A stretch of DNA of 62,614 nucleotides, the filler included, from Sluysia triapertura (taxonomy: Eukaryota), in the NCBI GenBank assembly GCA_046118255.1. It is 5 parts of 5 records of this genome, joined end to end, with 100 filler letters (N's around TTAATTAATTAA, not from the genome) between each part and the next. Parts side by side here need not be neighbours in the genome. Positions count along the whole stretch, not along the records: positions 25,299 to 37,012 come from JBJNIA010177586.1; positions 37,113 to 49,812 come from JBJNIA010088798.1; 3 more parts are not named here. The stretch is one strand, 5' to 3'. The notes below the pieces were generated by a model. That model did not search any database. It was not told where the DNA came from and saw nothing but the letters and a program-made list of their open reading frames with translations. The translations under genes and the position numbers were made by a program. This document shows, in pieces, positions 26,684 to 39,080 of this stretch. Every line of letters starts with the position of its first letter. Within the stretch, counting starts at the first letter, position 1.

Positions 26684-27469
26684 CCTAACTTTTCAACCAA
26701 ATCCTCGGATTTATCGATCGATGAAAGATTTTCGCAATGGTTATCTGAACAAGGTGGTCAAAAAGAGACATCAAATGATTCTCTGAAAAAGTCCTTGATA
26801 GACGAAACAAGATCTGAATCGGAAAACACAAATTTATTACCAGCTCCAAATTCGCCATCAAATGGTACCACTGGAGCTTCTATAGCACCTACGACTCCTA
26901 CCACAACAACTGTCGAAGATTTGGAAGATTCTTTAGTACAAGGTCAGATGATCCATATTTTCATGAACTAATGATCACTGCACATTATTTTCAATCAAAA
27001 TTAATTTTTCTTAAGCTGACTGTATTGTTTTTAGTCTCAGATCCAAATTATGTCAAACGTTCCCGAAAAACCGGAAAAAAACGACGATTTTCAAAACGAA
27101 AACAAACCGAAGATGCTAAAAAAGAAAAACTCGGTAAGTAATTTATAATTATGTTTATAAATCGTAATATAATTATTTTATTAAATTATATTATGAATGT
27201 AAATTTATAATTTCCCCTCAGATACAGGAGAACCAGTTATCAACAATACCGGTATTTCTGTTGACAGTAATCGCGACAATGAGTCTCGCAGAAAAGTTAT
27301 GCGCAATCTTCTTCGTATTTTGCAAGAACATAGTTACAGTTCTTTGTTGACAAGACCGCTAACTTGTAACACGTCAATATTTAAAAGCGAATTAGTATCA
27401 CTTGCTAAAATCGTACAAATTGTCAACGACGTCACTCAGTGGCTCGATTATGATTGGTTCATTGAACAG
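26684..27469 (+). CDS. Three internal exons of an unidentified protein-coding gene (26684-26942, 27035-27133, 27222-27469)
   Basis: AG/GT boundaries with compatible phases give an uninterrupted peptide: PNFSTKSS...LEDSLVQ|VSDPNYVKRSRKTGKKRRFSKRKQ...|DTGEPVINN...WLDYDWFIEQ. Start and stop not located. Confidence 0.7.
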
Positions 27470-28855
27470 GTTCGTTGAAAAACCAGTTTCGTTGAATTTC
27501 ATTAGATTTGATCATACATATTCTGCGATAATCTGGTTTATTTGAACTTCTTTTAAATGAAATCCATTTGACCTAATATGGAATTATGTTTATATTGTCT
27601 ATTAAAATTATTTTTCAAACAATCCTTTTTCTATTTTGATTAACATTTCTCTTTGGCTGCTAAACTTTTGGAAATCTTTTCTAATTAGTTCTTTCTTGAA
27701 GTTCATAATTGAAATATTTCGCATCTTGTAAAGGCAGTATGTAGATTGTTTTTCTAATTTCTTATCCTTTTCTTTCGTTCAAAAAAGTTTATCCTTCTAG
27801 GGAATACAAGTTGTACAGCATGTTTTGGTATCAAATGAAAGCTCTTGTCATTATCTTTAATTTAATATAAAGATCTCTGAAAAATTCCTATCGGTTGACG
27901 ACGAATCAACTACTAGATAGGCATCCCGTCATGAAAGGCTTAAATCATATTTTTCAACCATATCTAAAGCTAAAGATCAGCACTATAGAAACAGATATAT
28001 TATTTATAATTTCAAATCTATTGTTAATGTGTTTCGTTGATAGAGATTTCAAATTACGATGTTTATCTTAGCGGAAATCGAGCAATTACTGAAAGCATGA
28101 CAATGCTGAACTGAAACATTTTATGTGAATATTTTGACTATGCTAAATAATATTGTGCTTAGTTTTGAGTCGTCGATTGTTAAACATTGATTAATCATTA
28201 GTTAGAGATAATCAAGAAAAAATAGGAAACAAAATGAATCGAACGGAACCATGAAACACAATATGACAAGTACGACGGAAATGGGAAGTAGCACTTTTAT
28301 GTGAAGATGTTAATTTCAACAATTGGAATACTTTTCTTTACTTTACTAATAAAAATCAGTAATAAATTCGGCTTTTGCTGCTTGGTAGGCTTTAAATGTT
28401 GTACGTTCCAATTTCATTTATATTTTATGCATTTGCTGGGTTTTTGAGTACGACTTTTTCCTAGCAAGAATAAATTAATAGGTTCATCGCAGTCAAAGAC
28501 TTATAATCAAGTGTAGGCTTTGCTACAGGATGTATCTAATATACCTAATGTTAACAAAGGAATTTTATTATTACCAAATAGTACAAAAGAAAATAATAAA
28601 AATAAGTATAGATTGCGTGCACTATTAAAGGTTTTAGATTAAAAGACTTGGGGTTTATGGGGTTTAAAATACTCGGTGAAAAATGGAAACAGAATAAATG
28701 TTGTAATGTGTAATATATATTAAAATATCAAACAATTAATCTAAAATTACTGTCTAATTAAAACATTACTAATTAAATAACTAATTTTATTTATTATTTT
28801 TAAACACGAAATATTATGTTATTAAATATTGATTAAAACATTGTTAGGATAAATA

Positions 28856-29392
28856 CCGTGTTTTCCGAAGATAAGACAGGTCTTATATTAATTTTCACTC
28901 AAAAATATGACACAGTAGAGCTTATTTTGAGGAGATGTCTTATTTTCATCTATCGAAAAACACAATTACAAAGTAGAGAATTATGAAAGTTCTAAATATG
29001 CAAAAAACATGAAAACCGATCTACATTTACTAATGAATAACACGTTTTATGTTTAAAAACCACGAAGTATAAATCATTCTGTGGAGTTTCCATTTAACTG
29101 AATTTCATTATTTTAAGTCATTCTCATGGATCATATTGTGCGGCGAAGGAGAGAAATGCTTTGATTATATCTAATAAAACCTTACTTGGAGGATAGTCAA
29201 TCACAGTCAGAAAGTGAACCAGAATGCTTTGACAATGAAAGTATCTCAGAATGTATTGTAATTTAAAGCTAATTGTTCTTTAAATACAGAAGTATATGCC
29301 AAAGAATGTATTGAACGCCATCTCAAGCCATTCATTGACTTTTATTAGGTATCCTAATCGGCTATCAACTAGGGCTTATTTTAGGAATAGGT
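28856..29392. mobile_element. Tc2/pogo-like non-autonomous element, right end eroded
   Basis: TA|CCGTGTTTTCCGAAGATAAGAC terminus and repeated subterminal (G)CTTATTTT motifs at both ends. Confidence 0.5.
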
Positions 29393-30029
29393 AGTTTTAT
29401 TTTCTAATATGTTACGCAAAATACTATTGATATACACACCTTTACATTCAACCTAGGTCTCATAGTTTTGGTCTCAAAAAGTAATTTACGTGATTTCAAC
29501 TACAGAAAGAAATTGGTCATATAATAGAAATTAAAAATATAGAATGAAATTCAGAACAATATAGTCATAAGTAACGAATGCACAATAGAATGAACAGCAA
29601 GTAGCACAACATAAAATAATAACCTTGGAAATTGAAATAATATTTATTGAATTCATATTTTAATCTTGATAAGTTTTCCGATGTGCTCATTTAAAATAAA
29701 ACAAACTTTAAAATCTGTATAAAATTACTACTAAAATATTCGGTTGTGCGGTCCATTTTTTTAATTGTTGTGTTTAATTTCGTACCACTGCCTTAGTAAA
29801 TCTTTGCATTGCTATCCTCACCATCAAAGGCGAGTTTGAAGTTAATCTCCACGATATAAAATTATCCACGATATAAAATTAACTAGTATAGTATTTACAA
29901 TAATCTGAGTTATTAATGAAAGCATTAAATCCAGATTTTGTTAAAGTTATTATTCCTCTGGAATATTTATAATTTATAAATATCACAGTGGCAATTACAC
30001 TTAATTATTAGATAAAATTTCTTTAAATC

Positions 30030-30034
<5 letters not shown>

Positions 30035-30080
<46 letters not shown>
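30035..30080. repeat. (ATT)n microsatellite
   Basis: Perfect run; similar runs at about 32335-32379, 37318-37352 and 51678-51717. Confidence 0.9.
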
Positions 30081-30659
30081 CGGCATCCAGTTTAATAATA
30101 CATAATGTTATAAATGTATGGATTTACCATGCTTTCCACTTAATCTAATATTATAATTGATAAGGTGGGACAAATGTTATTAGGGTATCAAATTTAAAAT
30201 TTAAATCTAGTCTACAAAAAATAGAATTATATAAAACGTATTTATAAATTCCAAATCCACATTCAGTCAATAAAATGATATCACTGCCCATCTTGAAAGT
30301 TTCTTAACCTCTAACCTTCCAATTAAATCTCGAAGATCAGTGTCTTATCTTTAATAAGGTCAATTTGGATAGAATATAAAAAGAGCATGTGCGACAATAA
30401 TAATATTTTTATTTTTACATTTTTTAATAAATTCATATGGCTTATAAACATTAAAATATACTGCAGGCGAATCACGTCAAATTCGAATTTAGTGCAGAAA
30501 ATCTTGGCGTCTAGGTCCGTCATTTCCACTCAAAAGGTTAAAGCCTGTTGTCAGAGGTGGCGCTTTTCTTGTGTGTATTATGAATGAGTATTATAAATAA
30601 ATGTATTTCTCTATTCTTAACATATATCCTATATTTCGTATTGTGTATATATTAATCAC

Positions 30660-32110
30660 TGATTTGTTTAATGATGCTTAAATCTAGTTTCGCTCAACTT
30701 TTCATGTTCGTAGTCGAAGCGTTACGAAGATTCGGAAATAGGGATTAATTCTTAATCTGACACCAAATATTGATACTAGAATGATAACGTTTAATATGGA
30801 GTTGCGATGTAAACTTAATTGAACTGGTCTTCGAGAAAATGGAATTCGTTACGATTTGAAACCTCGAGAAAGACATACGAAGAAATATCATACAATGATA
30901 GATGCAAAATTTTAAGATCAAATTTAAGTTCAGCTTTACTTTGAACTTTGATCGAGAATCTCATTGTGACTGTGGTGTGCATCGCTATTGTAATTGAGAA
31001 CACATTCAAAATTCATCAGAGAAAGTTTAGGAAGATATTGCTAGAGTTGCAACATTTTAAAAAGTTAAAATTATAGATAAGTAGTCTGGTCGTGAGAGGG
31101 CCTGGCTTAGCCAGAACATATGGTTTAGTAGTGGTTTAGCGCTGACACAGTTTTGAGCGATCTGATTGGTTGATAGCAGTACTGGATTTAGATGTGAATT
31201 ATGGTTAGAAAGGGAATATTATATTTGAATTTGCTATTAGTAAATTGGATGTACAATGCAGTTTCTGAGTTAGTATTAATGATCAAATAATGAAATAAAG
31301 ATTTTGTCATTTTCGGTAAAAATACGCAATCCTATAAGTACGAAATAGAAATAAATTCTCTTGATCGGTTTGCAATTCAAATTAATTTCTAATTTTAAAT
31401 ATTAATTTTCGCTCGTTTAACTGTGATCAAAAATTAATTCAGTAAGCCATTGGCCTAGACCAAAACATTCACTTAATATCTTCCTTGGCTTCGTAATGGC
31501 CATAGTTAAGATATCTTCGTAGGTCTCTTGTTAATTGCTGGTCATTATAATTGAGAACTATCTTATTTTTGGTCCTAAAAAAGTCATGCTAAAGTATTGT
31601 TCCACTTCCGAGATTGTGGTATTCTTTGTGGTCATGATTTCCTTTATTTTTCCTTGGAACTTCACAAAGATTTTCACATAGTCGCCACCAAATAAACGAA
31701 GTTTGGTATTCCGAATAAAAATACTCGTTTCGGAATTTTTTCGCTATCGGGACATGTGCAGATTATGCTAGAGGAAATCTTCCAGAAGTATGCTATTCTT
31801 GCAAGAATAGAATCGCGAATGTCGTTGGGAATTCATTCGCATCCACCTAAATTTTGTAATTTTCATCTACGGAGGTAAGTAACATGAAAGAATGTCCATG
31901 TATTCTTGACTGCAAAGGTATATTGTCTAATTGTACCTCTGGCGGATGCAATTAGGATGGAATTAGCTGGGTATCCTTTTAAAGTATTCAGAATTAAAGG
32001 AGATTGGAGTTTATCTATATAGAAAAGATGCGTATGTAGGGATTATTAAGTTCGCATTTGAGAATATTAGATATCAAGTTTGGTTTGAGAGAAACATTAG
32101 AAGTCTCGTT
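30660..32110 (-). mobile_element. Possible highly decayed non-LTR (LINE) retrotransposon
   Basis: Faint motifs in the expected order on the minus strand: SQTKLD (endonuclease ETKLD-like, about 32080), KLRLFGGDYVKIF (LFADD-like, about 31690), LRNASTTN...AKLD (C-terminus-like, about 30700). Many stops. Confidence 0.3.
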
Positions 32111-32340
32111 TCTGCCACAACCTATCTGTGCCTATCTATCAATTTATCAATTTCATAAAAGTCATAGATATCGAAATTAACTAAAGATTGTAGTAGATAC
32201 ATGTACAGTCTGGTAATAAAATCATTGTATAAGATTATAATATTGAATTGTGTCCGTAAAATTGTGTTCAATATAAATTTCTGTAACACTACTAACTGAT
32301 TACATTGCCGTAATTTAATTTCTTAGCAAATTTATTATTA

Positions 32341-32380
<40 letters not shown>

Positions 32381-32838
32381 AGTTATAGCATTACAGAGGC
32401 AAATGTCGTTCTTTTAGTGCAATCTTTCCAGAGAATATCATCATCCATTTTGAACTTTTCTGACATTTTTTCTTTTATTGATAAAAATTCTGTACGACAT
32501 TCAAGTAGCACTCGTTCCTTCGGTATAGCCTCAATACTATATGGACTTTTATTATTATCATTTATCATTATAAACTACGTCATTTTATTTTATCATTTAT
32601 CATTTCACTCATGACGTCAGAGTTAAAAATAAAAGAGGTAATTTTTCGAATAAGTACCCAATGATTTATAAAAGTTTTTTATTTGTGTACGTCTCTTATG
32701 TTTTCTCTGTGATACGGAGTAAGAGCAGGTGAAAGATGAGGTGGTGGAGGTTTATGAAGATAGTATTTTGGAGATTGATAAGATGTAGTGGAAGGTGCAG
32801 AGGTAAGTCGGAATTCAAAAAAGTTTCTAAAAGAGCCT

Positions 32839-32994
32839 TTAAAAAAAGAAAGTGTAATCTTTTATTTCGGCTATGCAGAAAGCACAATTCGGCAATTTCG
32901 TAGTGTTGTTATAAAGGTCTACAATACGTTTATGGTCGTAATTATGACCAGAAGGAGAACTTATGACATAATTCTTGCATATAGGACAAGTCAT
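32839..32994 (-). CDS. Small RING/U-box-like ORF (51 aa; about 105 aa if a homopolymer frameshift is corrected)
   Basis: MTCPICKNYVISSPSGHNYDHKRIVDLYNNTTKLPNCAFCIAEIKDYTFFF*: CxxC, PSGHxYD and CxxC. Below the ORF-track size cutoff. Confidence 0.4.
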   Translation of the reverse strand: MTCPICKNYVISSPSGHNYDHKRIVDLYNNTTKLPNCAFCIAEIKDYTFFF

Positions 32995-35869
32995 ACTTTG
33001 TTATATAATAGGGGTTGAAATGAAATGGAAAATGCGAGACCCTACAATCCTAGACATATTCACTTAAAGGCTTACTTATACCGGAGGTTAAATATGTAGT
33101 TTAATTTATAATTTACTATCGTTTATTGAACACGATATTTTCTGAAAGTCAATAATTTATCGTGCACTTAAGATATCAACTTATCTCAATATGTGGCGTT
33201 TTTTTAATTAAAGAATCTTGGAGTTCATTTAGTAGTGGTATTGATTTTACTGTCGTATTTCGAACACGGTTTTTTAAAGATTGAAGACTGATTTTAAATA
33301 AATAATTTTTACAGTCGAAAATTTAAAAATCGGTTTTTAACTCTTAATTAAATATGAATTTGTCGAATGCATATTATCACAAAAATCAAGTAAAGTATTC
33401 GAACAATTATAAAATATGCGAATTATAATACAATAAAATAAAATTCGATATATAGTTTAATGTAATTAGTACAATTAAATTTTATGATTAATTTTAATCA
33501 ACTTCGTATACTTTTTCGAAACTATTTGAATTTACCAGATTATATTAAAATATCTTGGGTAAAGAAATATTATAATTTAATCTATCTAAAATAGATTATA
33601 CTTAAAAATTTTAACTAACGATGAACCAAATTTATAGATTAAGAAATTCCGAAGATAATATTTTCTCCGACAGCAATTGTAAAATAATAATTCTTAGTAA
33701 AAATTACATATAATGTAAACTGAACAAATCTCAAAGTAATTTTTCATTTAACAGCGTTTAACAAAATAACAATTCTCGTGAAAATATTTAAAAGTAGTTA
33801 TTGTTTATATATATATATATATAGTTCTCGTTATATAGTATTTTAGATGGCCTTGACTTTGATAAAACAATTGTATTTTTTCAATTTTAAAATATTATTA
33901 AACTATAAATGTATCTACAAATAATAATATATCAATTTAGTAATATTAATAACACTATACATAAAATCAATAATTATGAATTATTTATAATGTCCATTTT
34001 ATAATATTTTCTCTAAAATGCAAATTTTCTGTAGCTCAAATGAAAATGAAATATTCTATTTCAGATTAATTTTTACATTTGACACCATTTATGTAATGGT
34101 AAGATTGACAAGATTTATAAGATGTTAATCGTTTGTGTTGAATTGATGAATTGAATTAATGTATGAATTCTATTTGTATGTGTATGCTTGTAATCAAAAT
34201 ATATACACATATTTTGTCCAGAGATATAAATTCATATTCATAAGATTCATTGTATGTGTCAGAAGCGAGTCGAGTGTTACATTTATTAAATATTTAAAAT
34301 CAATTGTGTGTTCTTATATAAATGTATCGAAATTATGCCTTAATCCACAAAATTTTATAATTAATTGTGATGGGAATAATAATTACGAACAAGCTTGAAA
34401 ATCTCGAAAGCTGTCTGGCCATGACGAAAAGAAGTTACTGGTTTCAGATGTAGAATGTAATAATTATTATTTAATTTGCCAATTATGTTGCACAGATCTT
34501 TTTGAATTAAGATACATGCAGGTATTTTTTAAAGATATGTGATCAGGTACAATATTACTAAATACATTACTAAATTTATAATCACTTTATCTATGAAACA
34601 TATTACAATTGCACTTTATGTACAAATTGAAAACATAAAAGGTTTTATTGAAATGCATTAAAGTTAAATTATAATAGAATTTGTTTATACAATTTTCATT
34701 TCGTGCATCATGAAAAGGCGCGATTTTTCTCTTATTTTACGGGGGTGAAGCTTACAAAACTTTAAATCAAGAAAATTTTACAACCGATAAACATTAAGAC
34801 GTGCAGTTGCTTTTTCGTGATTATGAAAATGGTATCATATCTATTCAAGAATTGAAAAAATTACTTGCTTTCGTATACATAGTAGGCTTGCTTAGAATGT
34901 CCATGATCATCTTCGTTTTGTATGTTTTTTTTGCAAAATGTCTTTTTCTATAATGGGTTCGTATATAGTGCTCGGCTTTTTGAGGCTTTTGAGTCTTTCA
35001 ATCCTTCACTATATCTTGAAATTTGTAATTTTGTGTTACTTGCACTGCTTAAATAATCACTTAAATTATCTTCTCTATTAACTCTTCTCAAATCAATAAG
35101 TCTTTTAAAACACCACTAATTTTTATTCAAAACAATATATGAAACTAAGTACATTATTAAATTATTCCAAAAATATCCAATAATTACAGTTACATATGTC
35201 AGAATATTCAAAATTAAAATAACAATTATCAACAATTAAACAATAATAATAAGAATAATATTAAGAAATATAAAGTCACGAAGGCTTTATTTTCTTCTAG
35301 TAATTAATTTAAAAAATGATTTTATAATTGGTCAATAACCAACTGATATCCGTGAAAGCTGAGAGAAGTACTAACACAATTAAACTTACTACTTAATATT
35401 AAAATAAATTTTCAGAGGATATCGCCAACTGATCTTTTTTAAATTGAATTTGATGTCTTCGCGAATTTGAGAATTATTGTCGTTATACTGTACGTTTTAT
35501 TATCGTTGAGTCTTATTGTCTTGTTTACCGTTTTTGTATTCGTCTGTCTACTGAAAATAGAAATTTGTTTATTAAGATTTTAGAAATTTTTAATTTTATT
35601 TATATGCAATTCCTTTGTTAAGTGTCTTTTAATTTTATTAATAATGTTAACAAAATCACAATTAAAAAATACTAAACGGTTTATCTTAAAAATCAAAGTA
35701 TATTCTAAAAAGTAAAAGTACTACATAAAGACCGATTTATTAAATTTATTACACATTGTGAGAGAGGATTTATCAAGACAAATAAAAGGTTGAAGAAAGT
35801 CAAATGAGCTTACTTCTGAATTTACATTTTGATCTTTGAGGAACATGATATAGTCGTTGTTATTATCTG

Positions 35870-36397
35870 CGACCATGGACCACTGTAAAAGATTAAACCA
35901 TAATTCATCTTACTTCACCATAAAAGTAGAAACATCAGTTGTAAATCGCTGTATCAAATTCATAAAGCAATTTGATAGTTTAACACCTGAGTTAACTTTA
36001 TTAACTGACTTGTTTATCGTTTTAGCATAATTTTCATCATAAAACTCGGTTACATTATCACTCGTCTTAAATATATAAATTTAGTGATGGTAGTAGGAGT
36101 GAAGTATTCATTCGGTAAACTTGTTCATACAGTTTTAAAACTTGATTTAATATCATCAAATTCATCGAGATTGAGACTAATTAGAGATGTTATCAAGTAT
36201 TTGTACAATTGAGTAATTAAAATCATTAACTTAGAATGATTGCTAAAAGCATTGATCCAAAAATTTGGAATACATTTTACTAAATTATTACGTTGCTGAA
36301 TTAATGATTGTCTTTTTAAATCATGATCATTATCTACTTCTGACATTTCTCTAGCTTGATCATTAAATCCATTTGAATTGCTCTTGCTGACACTCAA
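35870..36397 (-). pseudogene. SET: SET/TAF-I (nucleosome assembly protein family) intronless pseudogene
   Basis: RQSLIQQRNNLVKCIPNFWINAFSNH and DEFDDIKSSFK match the SET IPNFW and EFEDIKSGY motifs. After a stop and frameshifts, GEV/DELWFNLLQW resembles GEVIKDDIWPNPLQY. Confidence 0.8.
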
Positions 36398-36659
36398 TTT
36401 TTCCCACTTTCTAGACCAAAACCATATTTTTGTTAATTTTTGAGAAAACTATATTGAACAACGTAATTGAAAATTATCATCGAAAATAAATTGTGATTAA
36501 ATTTTGTTGCAAAATATTGTGCACACTAATAATTTTAGTATGGGTTTTATATGGCCAACTAAAACGATTTGATACGTTTCCGTATTTTATTTTTTAACAG
36601 CTTTATTGAAATTATTATTATTGTAAGATTTTTTTCTTTTGAATTTAATGTGTTCTTAG

Positions 36660-36990
36660 TTTATGCTGTGAGTCCCTTACAATCTTAGACTTACTCACTT
36701 AAGGGCTAAGTTGCAAGTAGAACTTAATCGGATGTATCTACAAATAATAGAGTAAAAGTGGGTGTATTTCTTGCTAATAAAAATCGTCTAAAGAATTCTT
36801 TTTATGAAAAAAACTCTGATCAGTATTTTTAAATAAATTTTATATTTTATTTTCTCTTTCATTAAATCAACAATAATATGTTAAGTAGTATTTTACTACC
36901 GCATTGAAAAAACGCTATCCTTAATAAACTTTCACAATTTAGTAAAAATATTGTATATTTTTCAACCGAGTAAAATCGGTGGGCCTTACT
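36660..36990 (-). repeat. Dispersed repeat family C, copy 2
   Basis: Reverse complement matches 9600-9922 at both ends. Confidence 0.65.
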
Positions 36991-37012
36991 TTATATACAA
37001 TAAATTATAAAT

Positions 37013-37112
37013 NNNNNNNNNNNNNNNNNNNNNNNNNNNNNNNNNNNNNNNNNNNNTTAATTAATTAANNNNNNNNNNNNNNNNNNNNNNNNNNNNNNNN
37101 NNNNNNNNNNNN
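37013..37112. other. Artificial contig spacer
   Basis: N44-TTAATTAATTAA-N44. Confidence 0.95.
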
Positions 37113-37313
37113 ACTACAAATCATACATTGTATATACCCATAGCCGTTGCTTCTTCACAGTCAATCTCTCGCTTTTCTTTTACCTATTACTTCATGTATA
37201 TGTAAGAAAAGAGCAAGATATGAAAGAACAGTTCTTGTGTTATTAAGAATTAAAGACTTATGCATTTTTATTGTTGTTGATATTATAATTATTATTATCC
37301 TTCTTATTATTAC

Positions 37314-37352
<39 letters not shown>

Positions 37353-37448
37353 CAATTTTATCATTTTATTCGTCATTATTATTATTATTATTAGTATCAT
37401 TAACATTTTTGATCATAATCATTTTAATAAAGTACAAATGAGCAAATT

Positions 37449-37602
37449 ACCACCATTCATACTGACATAATTAATCTCTGTGTACAAATGAATGTCAGCA
37501 TGAATGGTGGTTTACCTCTCATCAATTTAGTCTGCTCATTATTACTAGTCGTCCAACCAGAATTGTTGTTATCATCACTTTATGTTTCTCTGGTTGGACG
37601 AC
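37449..37602 (+). ncRNA. Two-hairpin structured module, copy 4
   Basis: HP1 37449-37511 (20 bp, 1 mismatch). HP2 gtcgtccaaccaga/tctggttggacgac (14 bp perfect). Confidence 0.55.
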
Positions 37603-38029
37603 AAATCAAAGTGAGGTAAAATTAATTATATCACAACCTAGTTAAACTGTAAATACACAAAGAGATATTACTAGCAATTGAATGATATTTATTTTTTACT
37701 GTCATCAAATTATTACCCAATTACAATCATTTTAAAGTTCAGTTATATAGTTTGGTTTGTAATAGCTACCAAAAAAATAAACAGAAAAAGACAAAAACAG
37801 TACAGTTATAAATTAAAAAATCATAGTACGAAGTATATTAATCAAAGATTGTGAATTAAATTTTGAGGCCAAAAATTTCATTATCGAAGAACTTTTATAA
37901 ACATAGTAATTAACCAACAATAATTAGTGAATTTTCACGTTCATAAATTATAATCATTGAAGTTGAAATAGTGACAACTCTGTCTGAATTATATTCATTA
38001 GTTCCAAAATTACCAACAAAGTAGATCTT

Positions 38030-39073
38030 TTGATGATTTCTCAACCTATACCAAATACAAATAATTTGAGTGATGCTGTTCAAAATAATTCTGTATCGGC
38101 TTATAGTAATTCAGATTTATATAGTGGAAACGATTTTAGTACATCTAAAACTGATGATAAAGTACAGTATGTTAATCAACCGATCATTTCCAATGAAAAA
38201 GAGAATTGCGTTTATGTTTCCAACTCGTTTATTGTAGATGAATCTTTGAATTTAAATGCACTAAATTCATTATCATATGTACAATTTAGATCAACCTATC
38301 TATCCGATGACAAAATATTAAGTCAGCATAAAGTTAATGTTAAAGTAAAGGATGTGACCAACTTAAGCAGTGTTACAAGTAGTCGTGACGATTCTATACC
38401 TACTAGTTCTAATCAGTCGACTGATCCAAAAAAACGAAAATTAATACAACAGCAATTATTACTGTTTCTTCATGCACATGAAGGTTCAATAATTAGTACA
38501 AGGTTATCGCATGAAGGTTCAATAATTAGTACAAGGTTATCGCATGAAGGTTTAATAATTAGTACAAGGTTATCGCATGAAGGTTCAATAATTAGTACAA
38601 GGTTATCAAATGAAGGTAAAATTGTTCTTTTTAATTCAATGTTGCTGGAAAAATATAAAGTTAACCTTTTTAATTCAATAATATTAAACAAATACAAAAT
38701 TGACCTTTTTAATTCAGTGTTGTTACAAAAAAGTAAAGTTGATCCTTTTAATTCAATGCCGTTAAACAAATACGAAATTGATCCTTTTAATTCAATTTTG
38801 TTAGAAAAAAATGAAGTTGATTCTTTTAAGTCAATATTGTTAAACAAATACGAAATTGATCCTTTTAATTCAGTGTTGTTACGAAAAAGTAAAGTTGATC
38901 CTTTTAATTCAATGTCATTAAACAAATACGAATTTGATATTTTTAATTTAGTCTTATTAGACAAATATAAATTTGATCCGTTTATTTCAACGCTATTAGA
39001 TAAATATGAACTTGACCTTTTTGATTCAATGTTGATAGATACGAACTTGGCCTTTTCAATCCGATGTTATTAG
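38030..39073 (+). CDS. Family B ORF (347 aa): Ser/Asn-rich region, CBP/p300 TAZ1-like 19-mer, 11-aa and 13-aa repeats
   Basis: Long intronless ORF in AT-rich DNA containing [19 protein letters not shown], then ([11 protein letters not shown])x4 and about 12 DPFNSxLLxKxxx repeats. Confidence 0.5.
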   Translation: [347 protein letters not shown]

Positions 39074-39080
39074 ACAAATT
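38477..39080. repeat. Compound minisatellite: 33-bp x4 then 39-bp x about 12
   Basis: CATGAAGGTTCAATAATTAGTACAAGGTTATCG at 38477, 38510, 38543 and 38576, then degenerate TTGATCCTTTTAATTCAAT... units. Confidence 0.9.

Noticed and set aside
37147-37470. Poly-Ile ORFs on both strands resembling membrane proteins
   Set aside because: Translations of (ATT)n microsatellite.
38470-38964. Antisense 164-aa ORF
   Set aside because: Coincides with the tandem arrays; shadow ORF.
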